From Chrysiogenales bacterium (lineage in GTDB: Bacteria > Acidobacteriota > Aminicenantia > UBA2199), in NCBI GenBank assembly GCA_963700535.1, contig CAVOXU010000003.1, forward strand, positions 70,375 through 134,374: DNA of 64,000 nt, in the 5' to 3' direction. Under the pieces are notes generated by a model, which ran no database searches, was not told where the DNA came from, and saw only the letters and a list, made by a program, of their open reading frames with translations. The position numbers were made by a program, and so were the translations under genes. Below, one piece after another: positions 19,761 to 31,157 of the stretch. Position 1 is the first letter of the stretch. Each line of letters starts with the position of its first letter.

Positions 19761-21524
19761 ATGGGTCTGGTAAAAAAAGGAAAAGAACTCTGGTTTTATG
19801 AACAGCTTTATACCGACACCACCTACGGCTTCAAAGTGTCAAAGGTGATAGTGCCGGAAACCGAGACCGGTTTCCAGAAGCTGATGATCCTGGAAACCGA
19901 CCGTTTCGGGCGGGTGCTGGTGCTGGACGGCATCGTGCAGCTGACCGAAGAGGACGAGGGCATCTACCATGAGTGGATCGCCCACTGGCCGATCTTCGCC
20001 CTGAATCGGCCGGCAAAACATGTGCTGATCATTGGCGGCGGCGACTGCGGCGTGGCCCGCGAAGTGCTCCGCCATAAATCGGTGCAAAAAGTGACCATGG
20101 TGGAGATCGATAAAATGGTCTGCGACCTGTGCCGCGAGCATATGCCGTCGATATGCGAGGGAGTGTACGAAGACCCCCGCTTCAAACTGATCATTGGCGA
20201 CGGAGCCGAAGTGATCCGGCAGATGAAGGGTAAGTGCGATGTGATCGTCATCGATTCCACCGATCCGATCGGACCGGCCAAAAGCCTGTTCAACACCGAT
20301 TTTTACCAGAGCGTGTACGATGCGCTTGTCGAGGGCGGTATCACCATTCACCAGACCGGGGCGTTGATCCTGCAGCCCTTCGAGTGCCCGGGCAGCTGGC
20401 GGCAGATCGAGCGCAGCTTTGATGATGTTCGGGTTGTGCAATTCGCCAATGTGAGTTACATGGGCGGCCCCTTCAGCCTGACCGCCGGTTCCAAGGGCGG
20501 GAACGTATTCAAAAACGCCGAACGCAATGCCCAGAAGGCTTACAAAAAAGCGGGTTTCAAGACCAGCTGGTATTCGCCGCAGATCCCGGCCATCCCCTAT
20601 CCTGAATTTCAGAAAAGATTGGAAACCGACAAATACGGCGAAGAGATTGTCATGGACATTGAACTTCCGGCCAACAGTTCTCCCGGGGCAAAGCAAGTGG
20701 AAAGGTGGGCCAAGCAGACCTGCACGGCGATCAAGATGAAGACATTCGGTGAACCGATCATGGCCAGCTCCAAATTGGCTGATGGGGACACGCTGGTGCA
20801 ATACGTGGAAACCAGCGCCATCAATTACCGGCGCCACGGGCGGGTGGCGGCGCTCAATTGCTTCACCTGCGCCTACTTGCCGGTAAATGACGCCATCAGA
20901 ACTTCGATCGATTATTTCAAGGCCGAAAAAGCTCTTTGCTGGCACCTGCCGCGCGGATCTTTTGCCGATATAAAAAAAATAAGAAAAAACACCAGGATCT
21001 TTGAATGCGGATTGAGCGCCAACAGCATTTCCCAGGTTTTTCAACCGCGCCTGATCGAAAGCGCCGAGGCATTTGCTCCTGGTTTTCTTTTTTTCCGGGA
21101 AAAGGGAACGGCGGCGTTTGAATTGGTCATGGACCTGTATGATTGCGATTACGCCAAGATTTCAAGCCCGGCCGTAGTGGCCCGCTGGGCGGGAAATGAA
21201 TTTCCGAAAACAACCGGGCTGAAAACCATAGGCAAGGCCGATGCGCCCGATTTTGGCCATGCCAAGAAAAAAACGGCCGGGCCGTCCGTGGTGCAGCTGT
21301 TCCAGGGTGGTTCCAATATCAGCCACTATTCGGTCAACTGGCTCATGATCGTGGTCAATGTCGTGGCCAAACAGGAGTTCTCCCTTGAGAAGGCCATTCG
21401 CCGGACCATGAAATATTTCAAGGGCAAATATGCAGTTTGCTGGCTTCTGCCCAGGGGCAATGCCGGACAGTCTCTAAAAAAACTCGCCGACAACACCTTT
21501 ATTTTTGAGGTCAAGGGCAAGTAG
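19761..21524 (+). CDS. speE: polyamine aminopropyltransferase (SpeE) fused to two tandem S-adenosylmethionine decarboxylase-like (SpeD) domains
   Basis: aa 1-290 carry SpeE motifs 'LVLDGIVQLTEEDE', 'IIGGGDCG', 'VEID', 'GDG', 'IDSTDP'. aa 291-415 ('EIVMDI...VQYVETSAINY...NCFTC...LPRG') and aa 451-587 ('ELVMDLYDCD...GPSVVQL...SH...LPRG') resemble class 1 AdoMetDC. Confidence 0.85.
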   Translation: MGLVKKGKELWFYEQLYTDTTYGFKVSKVIVPETETGFQKLMILETDRFGRVLVLDGIVQLTEEDEGIYHEWIAHWPIFALNRPAKHVLIIGGGDCGVAREVLRHKSVQKVTMVEIDKMVCDLCREHMPSICEGVYEDPRFKLIIGDGAEVIRQMKGKCDVIVIDSTDPIGPAKSLFNTDFYQSVYDALVEGGITIHQTGALILQPFECPGSWRQIERSFDDVRVVQFANVSYMGGPFSLTAGSKGGNVFKNAERNAQKAYKKAGFKTSWYSPQIPAIPYPEFQKRLETDKYGEEIVMDIELPANSSPGAKQVERWAKQTCTAIKMKTFGEPIMASSKLADGDTLVQYVETSAINYRRHGRVAALNCFTCAYLPVNDAIRTSIDYFKAEKALCWHLPRGSFADIKKIRKNTRIFECGLSANSISQVFQPRLIESAEAFAPGFLFFREKGTAAFELVMDLYDCDYAKISSPAVVARWAGNEFPKTTGLKTIGKADAPDFGHAKKKTAGPSVVQLFQGGSNISHYSVNWLMIVVNVVAKQEFSLEKAIRRTMKYFKGKYAVCWLLPRGNAGQSLKKLADNTFIFEVKGK

Positions 21525-21551
21525 TTGCGAATAATCGGTTTTTGATCAAAA

Positions 21552-21560
21552 TTATCCACA
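21552..21560 (+). promoter_or_regulatory. perfect DnaA box
   Basis: TTATCCACA in the AT-rich speE-dnaK intergenic region. A 1-mismatch box lies on the opposite strand at 21526-21534. Confidence 0.5.
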
Positions 21561-21645
21561 GGCAGGTATAAGGCAAGGCAGCAATTTTGTTTGTAAGTTG
21601 ACAATAACGCACTCAACTAAAATTTACATTTCGGTTATTAAATTG

Positions 21646-21674
21646 TTGACAAATCGGAAAAATTGGCATATATT
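21646..21674 (+). promoter_or_regulatory. sigma70 promoter of dnaK
   Basis: TTGACA, 17 bp spacer, TATATT. RBS AAGGAG precedes ATG 21705. Confidence 0.65.
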
Positions 21675-21704
21675 TAAATACAAGAAAAACTTAAGGAGTT
21701 AAAT

Positions 21705-23624
21705 ATGGGCAAAATAATCGGTATTGATTTGGGAACAACCAATTCGGTTGTGGCGATAATGGAAAAGGGTGATATTAAGATCATCACCAATGCTGAAGGC
21801 GGCCGGACCACTCCTTCGGTGGTCGGTTTTACCAAGGATGGCGGCCGGCTTGTTGGCCAGGTGGCCAAACGCCAGTCGATCACCAATCCGGAGAACACCG
21901 TCTATTCCATCAAACGTTTCATGGGACGCAGGATCTCTGAAGTCAGCGATGAAATCAAAATGGTCCCCTTCAAAGTGGTGGGCGGGCCCAACGATGATGC
22001 CCGTGTCAGCATTGAAGGCAAACAATATTCACCTCCCGAGATCTCGGCCCTGATCTTGCAGAAACTCAAGGAAGCGGCTGAAGACTACCTCGGGGAAAAG
22101 GTCACCGAGGCGGTCATCACTGTCCCGGCCTATTTCAACGATGCCCAGCGCCAGGCTACCAAGGATGCAGGAAAAATAGCCGGTCTGGACGTTAAGCGCA
22201 TCATCAACGAGCCTACGGCAGCAGCCCTGGCTTACGGCATGGACAAAAAGAAAGATGAGTTGATCGCCGTCTATGATTTTGGCGGCGGCACATTCGATAT
22301 TTCGATCCTGGAGATCGGCGAAAATATCGTTGAGGTTAAATCGACCAATGGAGACACCCATCTGGGTGGCGACAACATCGACCAGAAGTTGATCGACTGG
22401 ATCGCCGAGGAATTCAAAAAAGATCAGGGCATCGATCTGACCAAGGACAAGATGGCCTTGCAACGCTTGAAGGAAGCAGCCGAAAAAGCCAAGATCGAAC
22501 TCTCAACGACCCAGGAGACCGAGATCAATCTTCCTTTCGTCACGGCCGACGCCTCGGGACCCAAGCACCTGATCCTCAAATTGAGCCGAGCCAAGCTGGA
22601 TCAGTTGGTCGGAGACATCCTTGAACGGTCCATAGCTCCCTGCCGGCAGGCGATCAAGGATGCCGGAGTGAGCACTGCCGATATCAAGGAAATCATCCTG
22701 GTTGGCGGCATGACCCGTATGCCCTACATCCAGGAATTGGTAAAAAAGATTTTCGGAAAGGAAGGCAATAAAAGCGTGAATCCTGATGAAGTGGTTGCAG
22801 CCGGCGCTGCTGTTCAGGGCGGGGTCCTGGGTGGTGAAGCCAAGGATATCCTTTTACTTGATGTCACGCCGTTGTCGTTGGGCATTGAAACCCTGGGCGG
22901 AATTTCACACAAATTGATCGAGCGCAATACCACGATCCCGACCAAGAAAACCGATATTTTTACCACCGCTGAAGACAATCAGTCCACCGTGGAAATCCAT
23001 GTCCTTCAGGGAGAAAGGGAAATGGCTCGCGATAACCGCACCCTGGGTAAGTTTCACCTGACCGGCCTGCCGCCTGCGCCGCGCGGAGTTCCCCAGGTTG
23101 AAGTTACTTTTGATATCGATGCCAACGGAATTTTGAATGTGTCGGCCAAGGATCTGGCCACCTCCAAGCAACAGGCCATCACCATCACCTCATCGAGCGG
23201 TCTCAATGATAAAGAGATCGACAAAATGGTCAAGGACGCAGAAAAATTCCGCGAAGATGATCAGCAAAAGAAAGAGGCCATTGAAAATCGCAACAAGCTC
23301 GATCAATTGTCATATGCCCTGGAAAAACTGGTAAAAGAGAACAAGGAAAAGATCCCCGCGGACATGGTCAGTGAAGTCGAAACTGCAGTTAAGCGCGCCA
23401 GGGAAGCGGTGGAAAAAGGGGATAATCTGAAGATCGTTGAAGAGATAGAAAATATAAGCAAATTGTCCGGCAAGCTGTCTACTGAAATGTACAAGACGGC
23501 CGGTGCCCAGAAAGAGCCCCAACCCGGACCCGATACCGACAAAGCGCCGGAAGCCGAGGCCGCCGCCAGCGAAGGCGAGGTCATCGATGCCGAATTCGAG
23601 GACATCGGCAAGGACAAAAAGTAA
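21705..23624 (+). CDS. dnaK: molecular chaperone DnaK (Hsp70)
   Basis: '[11 protein letters not shown]', '[18 protein letters not shown]', 'DFGGGTFD', '[11 protein letters not shown]', 'VIDAEFED'. Confidence 0.99.
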   Translation: MGKIIGIDLGTTNSVVAIMEKGDIKIITNAEGGRTTPSVVGFTKDGGRLVGQVAKRQSITNPENTVYSIKRFMGRRISEVSDEIKMVPFKVVGGPNDDARVSIEGKQYSPPEISALILQKLKEAAEDYLGEKVTEAVITVPAYFNDAQRQATKDAGKIAGLDVKRIINEPTAAALAYGMDKKKDELIAVYDFGGGTFDISILEIGENIVEVKSTNGDTHLGGDNIDQKLIDWIAEEFKKDQGIDLTKDKMALQRLKEAAEKAKIELSTTQETEINLPFVTADASGPKHLILKLSRAKLDQLVGDILERSIAPCRQAIKDAGVSTADIKEIILVGGMTRMPYIQELVKKIFGKEGNKSVNPDEVVAAGAAVQGGVLGGEAKDILLLDVTPLSLGIETLGGISHKLIERNTTIPTKKTDIFTTAEDNQSTVEIHVLQGEREMARDNRTLGKFHLTGLPPAPRGVPQVEVTFDIDANGILNVSAKDLATSKQQAITITSSSGLNDKEIDKMVKDAEKFREDDQQKKEAIENRNKLDQLSYALEKLVKENKEKIPADMVSEVETAVKRAREAVEKGDNLKIVEEIENISKLSGKLSTEMYKTAGAQKEPQPGPDTDKAPEAEAAASEGEVIDAEFEDIGKDKK

Positions 23625-23654
23625 TTTTACTGTTTTTTTCTTAGCTCTCCCCGG

Positions 23655-23690
23655 GCAAGGGGCGGTTTTTATAAACTGCCCCTTGCTTTA
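23655..23690 (+). terminator. intrinsic terminator after dnaK
   Basis: Hairpin GCAAGGGGCGGTTT-TTAT-AAACTGCCCCTTGC followed by TTTA. Confidence 0.65.
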
Positions 23691-23760
23691 CGTTCACTCC
23701 GTTTCCATTTGCTTTATCTGCCGGTATGTGTTAATTTTAATCTACACTACAGGAGGCACA

Positions 23761-24641
23761 ATGAAAATAAAAATTATTGCTGTGATTTTTTCAATAATGC
23801 TTTTTACCGCTTTTTGCAGTGAGAAAGTCGATCGCAAAGGCGTGGAACTGAAACTTACACTCGCTCCGGAAACAATAACTGACTCCCTGTATTTGAAAAT
23901 GGATTATGAATTTACGACCTCTGGTGATTTCAAAAAAATTAGTAATGATTATGCCATTTTTGTCCATTTCTGGCGGGTAAACAGCAAGGAAATGTTGCTT
24001 CAGGATGATCATCAGCCTTTGAAAAAAGTCAGTGAGTGGGTTGCCGAGACAATATCAAGTATTCGCGGATATTATTCATTCCTCAGTTTTTAAACGAGTT
24101 CGACGTTGATTTTGAAGGATACGAGGCACTGAAGTTGACGGTTGGCTTGTACGATCCGAATAGCAAGGAAAAATCGATTGTTTTATTTGAAAAGAAAATC
24201 AATATCCAGCCTGCTTCGATCAATGCTCCGGAGATCGTCTATGATGAGGGGTGGAACGAGATTGAAACCGATATCAATGCCGTTGAACCGTTCGCCAAGA
24301 GTTGGCGATGGACCACGGCCAAATCGGTTTGCATTATTGAAAATCCCCAAAAAGAATCCACGCTGATCATCAAGGGCGGTGTAAACAAAACCGTGTTTCA
24401 GGACCAGAAAGTGACATTCAGGATCAATGACATTTTATTGGATGAATTCATTCCCGCTGAAGCGAATTTTTCAAAGGAATATACGGTGAGCCCGCAAATG
24501 ATGGGCAGCACCGATGAATTTTCACTGAAATTCGAAACTGACAGGGTTTTTGTGCCGGCCAAAGCGTTCCCTAACAGCAAGGACAATCGGGAACTCGGAG
24601 CCCAGATTTTCTTCATCTATTTCCGGGAAAAACTGCAATAA
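23761..24641 (+). CDS. hypothetical lipoprotein with beta-sandwich domains, frameshifted near 24045
   Basis: RBS AGGAGG, lipobox-like 'LFTAFC', and 'IFVHFW...LQDDHQP'. One added base joins it to ORF 24036..24641 ('DNIKYSRILFIPQF...WRWT...RELG'). Confidence 0.7.
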
Positions 24642-24696
24642 AAATTTCACCCGCTACTGGGGCGGGGTTGACGTTTCTGATTGGTGAGGTGGCAGT

Positions 24697-24912
24697 ATGC
24701 TCGAAAGAGATTTAAAGGAACTGCTTGCGGTCGAAGGCAGTCTGGAAGCCGAAATCATCAAGTCAAAACTGGAGAGTTTCGCTATCCCGGTATTGCTGCA
24801 ATACGAAGCCGTAGGGCGTATTTTTGGTATTACCATGAATGGCCTGGGCAAAGTGAAAGTATTGGTGCCGGAATCTTTTTTGGAAGAAGCACGAAAAATT
24901 TTAGCCGAATAG
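24697..24912 (+). CDS. DUF2007 (putative signal-transducing) small protein
   Basis: 'EAEIIKSKLESFAIP...GLGKVKVLVPESFLEEARKIL'. RBS GAGGTG. Confidence 0.8.
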   Translation: MLERDLKELLAVEGSLEAEIIKSKLESFAIPVLLQYEAVGRIFGITMNGLGKVKVLVPESFLEEARKILAE

Positions 24913-24986
24913 GGCCATTGATGCAGTCCCGAGTTTATACGGTGCTGAAAAAAACACTCGCTCTCCAGGCTTTTACAGTCAGAAAA

Positions 24987-25748
24987 TCAGAGCTTGAATT
25001 CCTTGAAGGTATCATTCACCAGCTCAAGGTCTGCCGGTGAATTCAAATCGTATTTTATGACACTCAGGGAAATCAAGTTGTTCTGGACGGCCCAGACATC
25101 GGTGCCCTGAATGTCGGCATAAGCGGGAGTCCCGGTTCCAATCCAATAATATTTACGACCTCGCGGATCTGTCCTTTCAATAATATCGGGAGTATATTTC
25201 TTGTTTCCCAGTTTGGTGACTGCGATTTCTCCGCGGTTGGGGAAGGGGATGTTCAGATTGTAAATAACGCCGTTGTGAAGGTGGGAGAGCAATTTGTCGA
25301 GGACCTTGGCTGTTATGTGCGCAGCGGCGGCAAAGTCGAATTCCTGGCGTTGATACTGGCCCAGACCGGCAAGCAAAGAAACGGCCAGTGAGGGAATGCC
25401 GTACAGGTAGCCGGAGAAAGCGCCGCCCACAGTTCCGGAAAAAAAAATATCTTCAGAGAGGTTTTCACCCAGGTTCATTCCCGAAACGATGAAGTCGGGA
25501 GGAATGGGAAGTATTTTTTGCAGGGCGATATTGACGCAGTCGGCGGTCGTGCCGTTGATGGCAAAGACCTTTTCCTCGACCTGGTTGATGCGCAGCGGGT
25601 GATTCAATGTCAATGCCATACTGATGGCACTTTTTTCCCGGTCTGGAGCAACGACCCAGACATGATATTCTTGTTCCAGCTCATTTTTTAAGGCAGTCAA
25701 TCCCTTTGAATAGAAACCGTCGTCGTTGGTCAATAGTATTGTTTTCAT
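24987..25748 (-). CDS. surE: 5'/3'-nucleotidase SurE
   Basis: 'ILLTNDDG', 'VVAPDREKS', 'GTTADCV', 'SGMNLGEN', 'SGTVG', 'DPRGRKYYW'. Start placed at MKT (25748), downstream of the tRNA. Confidence 0.96.
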   Translation of the reverse strand: MKTILLTNDDGFYSKGLTALKNELEQEYHVWVVAPDREKSAISMALTLNHPLRINQVEEKVFAINGTTADCVNIALQKILPIPPDFIVSGMNLGENLSEDIFFSGTVGGAFSGYLYGIPSLAVSLLAGLGQYQRQEFDFAAAAHITAKVLDKLLSHLHNGVIYNLNIPFPNRGEIAVTKLGNKKYTPDIIERTDPRGRKYYWIGTGTPAYADIQGTDVWAVQNNLISLSVIKYDLNSPADLELVNDTFKEFKL

Positions 25749-25769
25749 TTGCTCAGGAGTTTTTTCAAG

Positions 25770-25844
25770 TCGGGGCGAGTGGATTCGAACCACCGACCAC
25801 ACGCACCCCAAGCGTGTACGCTAACCAGACTGCGCTACGCCCCG
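25770..25844 (-). tRNA. tRNA-Pro (GGG), CCA not encoded
   Basis: Reverse complement CGGGGCGTAGCGCAGTCTGGTTAGCGTACACGCTTGGGGTGCGTGTGGTCGGTGGTTCGAATCCACTCGCCCCGA, in the usual merR-tRNAPro-surE order. Confidence 0.95.
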
Positions 25845-25850
25845 GCTCAG

Positions 25851-26222
25851 TCAGCTTTTATCATCTTTGGCCAGTAAAGTCAATATTTCGCTCAGGCCGC
25901 GGCGGATGCTTTTCAGTTTTTCAGGATTGACGGGCTCCGGATTTGAACCCGGCTGGGTGTTGGCCAGGTCGCCGAAATTCTGCTGCAACATGCCCCTGAC
26001 CTTGCCCTTGTCGCACTTTTCAATAATCAGCCATTGCTTAATGGCCATAATGATCTCGACATCGCGGCGGCTATAAAATTTTTCCCCGCTTTGGTTGACC
26101 ACGGAAGCAAAAGCCGCGAACTCCTTTTCCCAGTAATCCAGCACCCGGCCGTCAAGTTTGAGCATTTGCATGACCTCCTTGCGGCGGAAAGTGAGTTTAT
26201 CGGGAATATTGTTTTCAGCCAT
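25851..26222 (-). CDS. MerR family HTH regulator
   Basis: 'IPDKLTF...EV...VLDYWEKEF...GEKFYSRRDVE'. Synteny with tRNA-Pro and surE. Confidence 0.85.
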   Translation of the reverse strand: MAENNIPDKLTFRRKEVMQMLKLDGRVLDYWEKEFAAFASVVNQSGEKFYSRRDVEIIMAIKQWLIIEKCDKGKVRGMLQQNFGDLANTQPGSNPEPVNPEKLKSIRRGLSEILTLLAKDDKS

Positions 26223-26300
26223 TTAGCCTTTTCTGCTCCTGATCAAATTATAACGGAATTCGCATGTCAATGAAACAAGCCATAAAATTTTTTGGTTCTT

Positions 26301-26912
26301 CTAGAAGTTGATCGCTACGCTGCCGCCGAAATAAAAGCCGTTCTTGAATCCGGCCTCGGCCCTGATAAGGAATTTGTCCCTGATATTGCCGATGACGCCC
26401 ACCGGCAGGTGGCCCACGGGCACTATGAGTTTTTTCTGGTAAGAATCGCGGATGGTCGTGCCCAGCTCATCCTGGTATGACCCTTCGGCGAAGATGCTCA
26501 TGCGGCCGATGCCGATGCCCGCGCCGATATACGGGTGAATCGCTGAGGCCGGAAAAACGTGCATGAGGATCGTGGCGGTGATGTTCAGTTGTGTGATTTC
26601 GCCCGAGCCGAAAAAACGGTTGTTGTATTGTTCCACCCGGAAATAGCCTTCTCCGGAAATACGGCTGTATTCCAGGCTGTACACTCCGCTGAATACCGAG
26701 CGCGGTCCCTTGTCTCCATAAGAGTAGGCTTCGAAGCACATGGCGGTTCCCTTCAATTGCGGGTGTTCATAGAGAGCCAGGTCCAACAGGGCGTTGGGGA
26801 TGCCGAAGGAACTGATCCTGATTCCCGCACCGTAGCGGAACATATTGTTGTCGGCGGCGGGCAAGCTAATGGCAAGGAAAACGATAATTAACAGAAGTGT
26901 TTTTGTTTTCAT
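26301..26912 (-). CDS. putative outer-membrane beta-barrel protein
   Basis: Signal peptide, amphipathic strands, 'HPYIGAGIG', and C-terminal Phe ('GGSVAINF'). Confidence 0.65.
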   Translation of the reverse strand: MKTKTLLLIIVFLAISLPAADNNMFRYGAGIRISSFGIPNALLDLALYEHPQLKGTAMCFEAYSYGDKGPRSVFSGVYSLEYSRISGEGYFRVEQYNNRFFGSGEITQLNITATILMHVFPASAIHPYIGAGIGIGRMSIFAEGSYQDELGTTIRDSYQKKLIVPVGHLPVGVIGNIRDKFLIRAEAGFKNGFYFGGSVAINF

Positions 26913-26920
26913 GATACTCC

Positions 26921-28389
26921 TCAGTCCATTCGGTAATTTGGAGATTCTTCGGTGATGATCACGTCGTGGACGTGGCTTTCTTTCAGGCTGGCGTTGCTGA
27001 TGCGGATAAAGCGTGATTTGTCACGCAGTTCGCTCATGGTGCGGCAGCCGGTCAGGCCCATACCGGCCCTGACGCCGCCAATAAGCAGCGGAATCAGGTT
27101 CATAACAGAACCGCGATAAGGAACCCGCCCTTCGATGCCCTCGGGAACCAGCTTGGATTCAGCATATTCATCGTCCTGAAAATAGCGGTCGCGGCTTCCG
27201 GCCTTCATGGCAGCTATTGAACCCATGCCGCGGTATTTTTTATATGATCGGCCCTGGTAAATAACCATTTCTCCCGGACTTTCGTCGGTTCCGGCCAGGA
27301 TGGATCCGATCATTACCGAATGGGCTCCGGCGGCAAGGGCTTTGGTGATATCCCCGGAAAACTTGATGCCGCCATCGGCAATAACCGGCACGCGGCCGGC
27401 GACTTCGGCTGCTACAGCCATGATGGCCGATATTTGCGGGACTCCGGCTCCGGTCACTACGCGCGTGGTGCAGATCGATCCGGGGCCGATGCCGACTTTC
27501 AGACCGTCCACTCCCAGGGCCAGAAGCTCCCTGGCTGCGGCGGCTGTGGCGATATTGCCCACGACCAGGTCAACCCCGCTTGCAGCGGCGCGAACATTTT
27601 CTATGGTCTGCATCACTTTGCGAGAGTGGGCATGCGAGGTGTCGATGACCAGAGCGTCCACTTTGGCGGCTATCAGGGCGCTGACCCTTTCCATGGTATC
27701 AGCACCCGTACCCACGGCGGCGCCAACTTGCAGACGGCCCATTTTATCCTTGGAAGCGCTGGGGAATTTTTCCGTTTTAACTATATCCTTGAATGTGATC
27801 AGCCCCTTCAGAAAATTGTTTTTATCGACCACCGGAAGTTTTTCAATGCGGTTAGTGTGCAAAAGCTGTTTGGCTTCAGCCATTTTGATATTCTCGCCGG
27901 CGGTGATTAAATTGACGGCCTTCATGATGGTAGAAATTTTATCACTGAAATTGCCGGCAAAACGCAGATCACGATTGGTCAGGATGCCGACCAGTTTCCC
28001 CTGTTTATCGACGATGGGCAAACCCGAAATACCTTTTTCCCTGACAAGTTGCAAGGCTTCCTGGATGGTATTGTCCGGATGCAAGGTTATGGGGTTGACG
28101 ATCATGCCCGATTCCGACCTTTTGACCTTGAGCACTTCGCCGGCCTGCTCGGCTATGGTCAAATTCTTATGAATGATGGCCATACCGCCAAGCTGGGCCA
28201 TGGCAATGGCCATTCGCGATTCAGAAACGGTATCCATGGCCGCCGAAACCAGGGGGATGCGCAGTTGAATGCGGCGGGAGAACAAGGTCGCCGTATCTGT
28301 CTGGCTGGGCAGCACCTCTGAATATGCGGGAACCAGAAGCACGTCGTCGAAGGTCAGGCCTTGACAGGCAATTATTTTTTCATCTGTGT

Positions 28390-28393
<4 letters not shown>
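26921..28393 (-). CDS. guaB: IMP dehydrogenase
   Basis: '[11 protein letters not shown]', 'SAAMDTV', CBS pair, '[13 protein letters not shown]', 'YRGMGS', 'VPEGIEG'. ATG 28393 overlaps the secA stop. Confidence 0.98.
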
Positions 28394-30966
<2,573 letters not shown>

Positions 30967-30975
30967 GGTGCCTGT

Positions 30976-31005
30976 ATTATAACAGAGATGGCTGTTTTTT
31001 ATCAA
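30976..31005 (-). promoter_or_regulatory. sigma70 promoter of secA (extended -10)
   Basis: TTGATA, 18 bp spacer, TGnTATAAT. The -10 is 9 nt from the ATG. Confidence 0.6.
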
Positions 31006-31141
31006 ATGATGTGTGGAGTTCAGGCCTGAGGCTAGATCGACTTTCCGCAGGCGCAGCATAGCTTCGGCGAAATCATGCGCTTGATTCACGCCCCAGCGGG
31101 ATTAAAAAAGGAAATATTCCCTGCAGAATGATTCAGCCGTC
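30987..31141 (+). ncRNA. candidate structured RNA (irregular rod with C(UUCG)G loop); identity unknown
   Basis: Nested helices found by hand. G-U pairs favour the + strand. See findings. Confidence 0.3.
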
Positions 31142-31157
31142 AACAGTTACGGCTGTA

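Noticed and set aside
21595-21625. Possible CIRCE element before dnaK (GCACTC half-site; AGTTGA...TCAACT inverted repeat)
   Set aside because: There is no matching GAGTGCTAA arm at 9 nt spacing, and the 6-bp repeat is too short to call.
31026-31075. Hammerhead ribozyme (CTGA...GAAA) or SRP RNA in the secA upstream hairpin
   Set aside because: CUGANGA is not positioned 5' of the UUCG stem, and the SRP domain IV motif (CAGG...GGAA...AGCAG) is absent.
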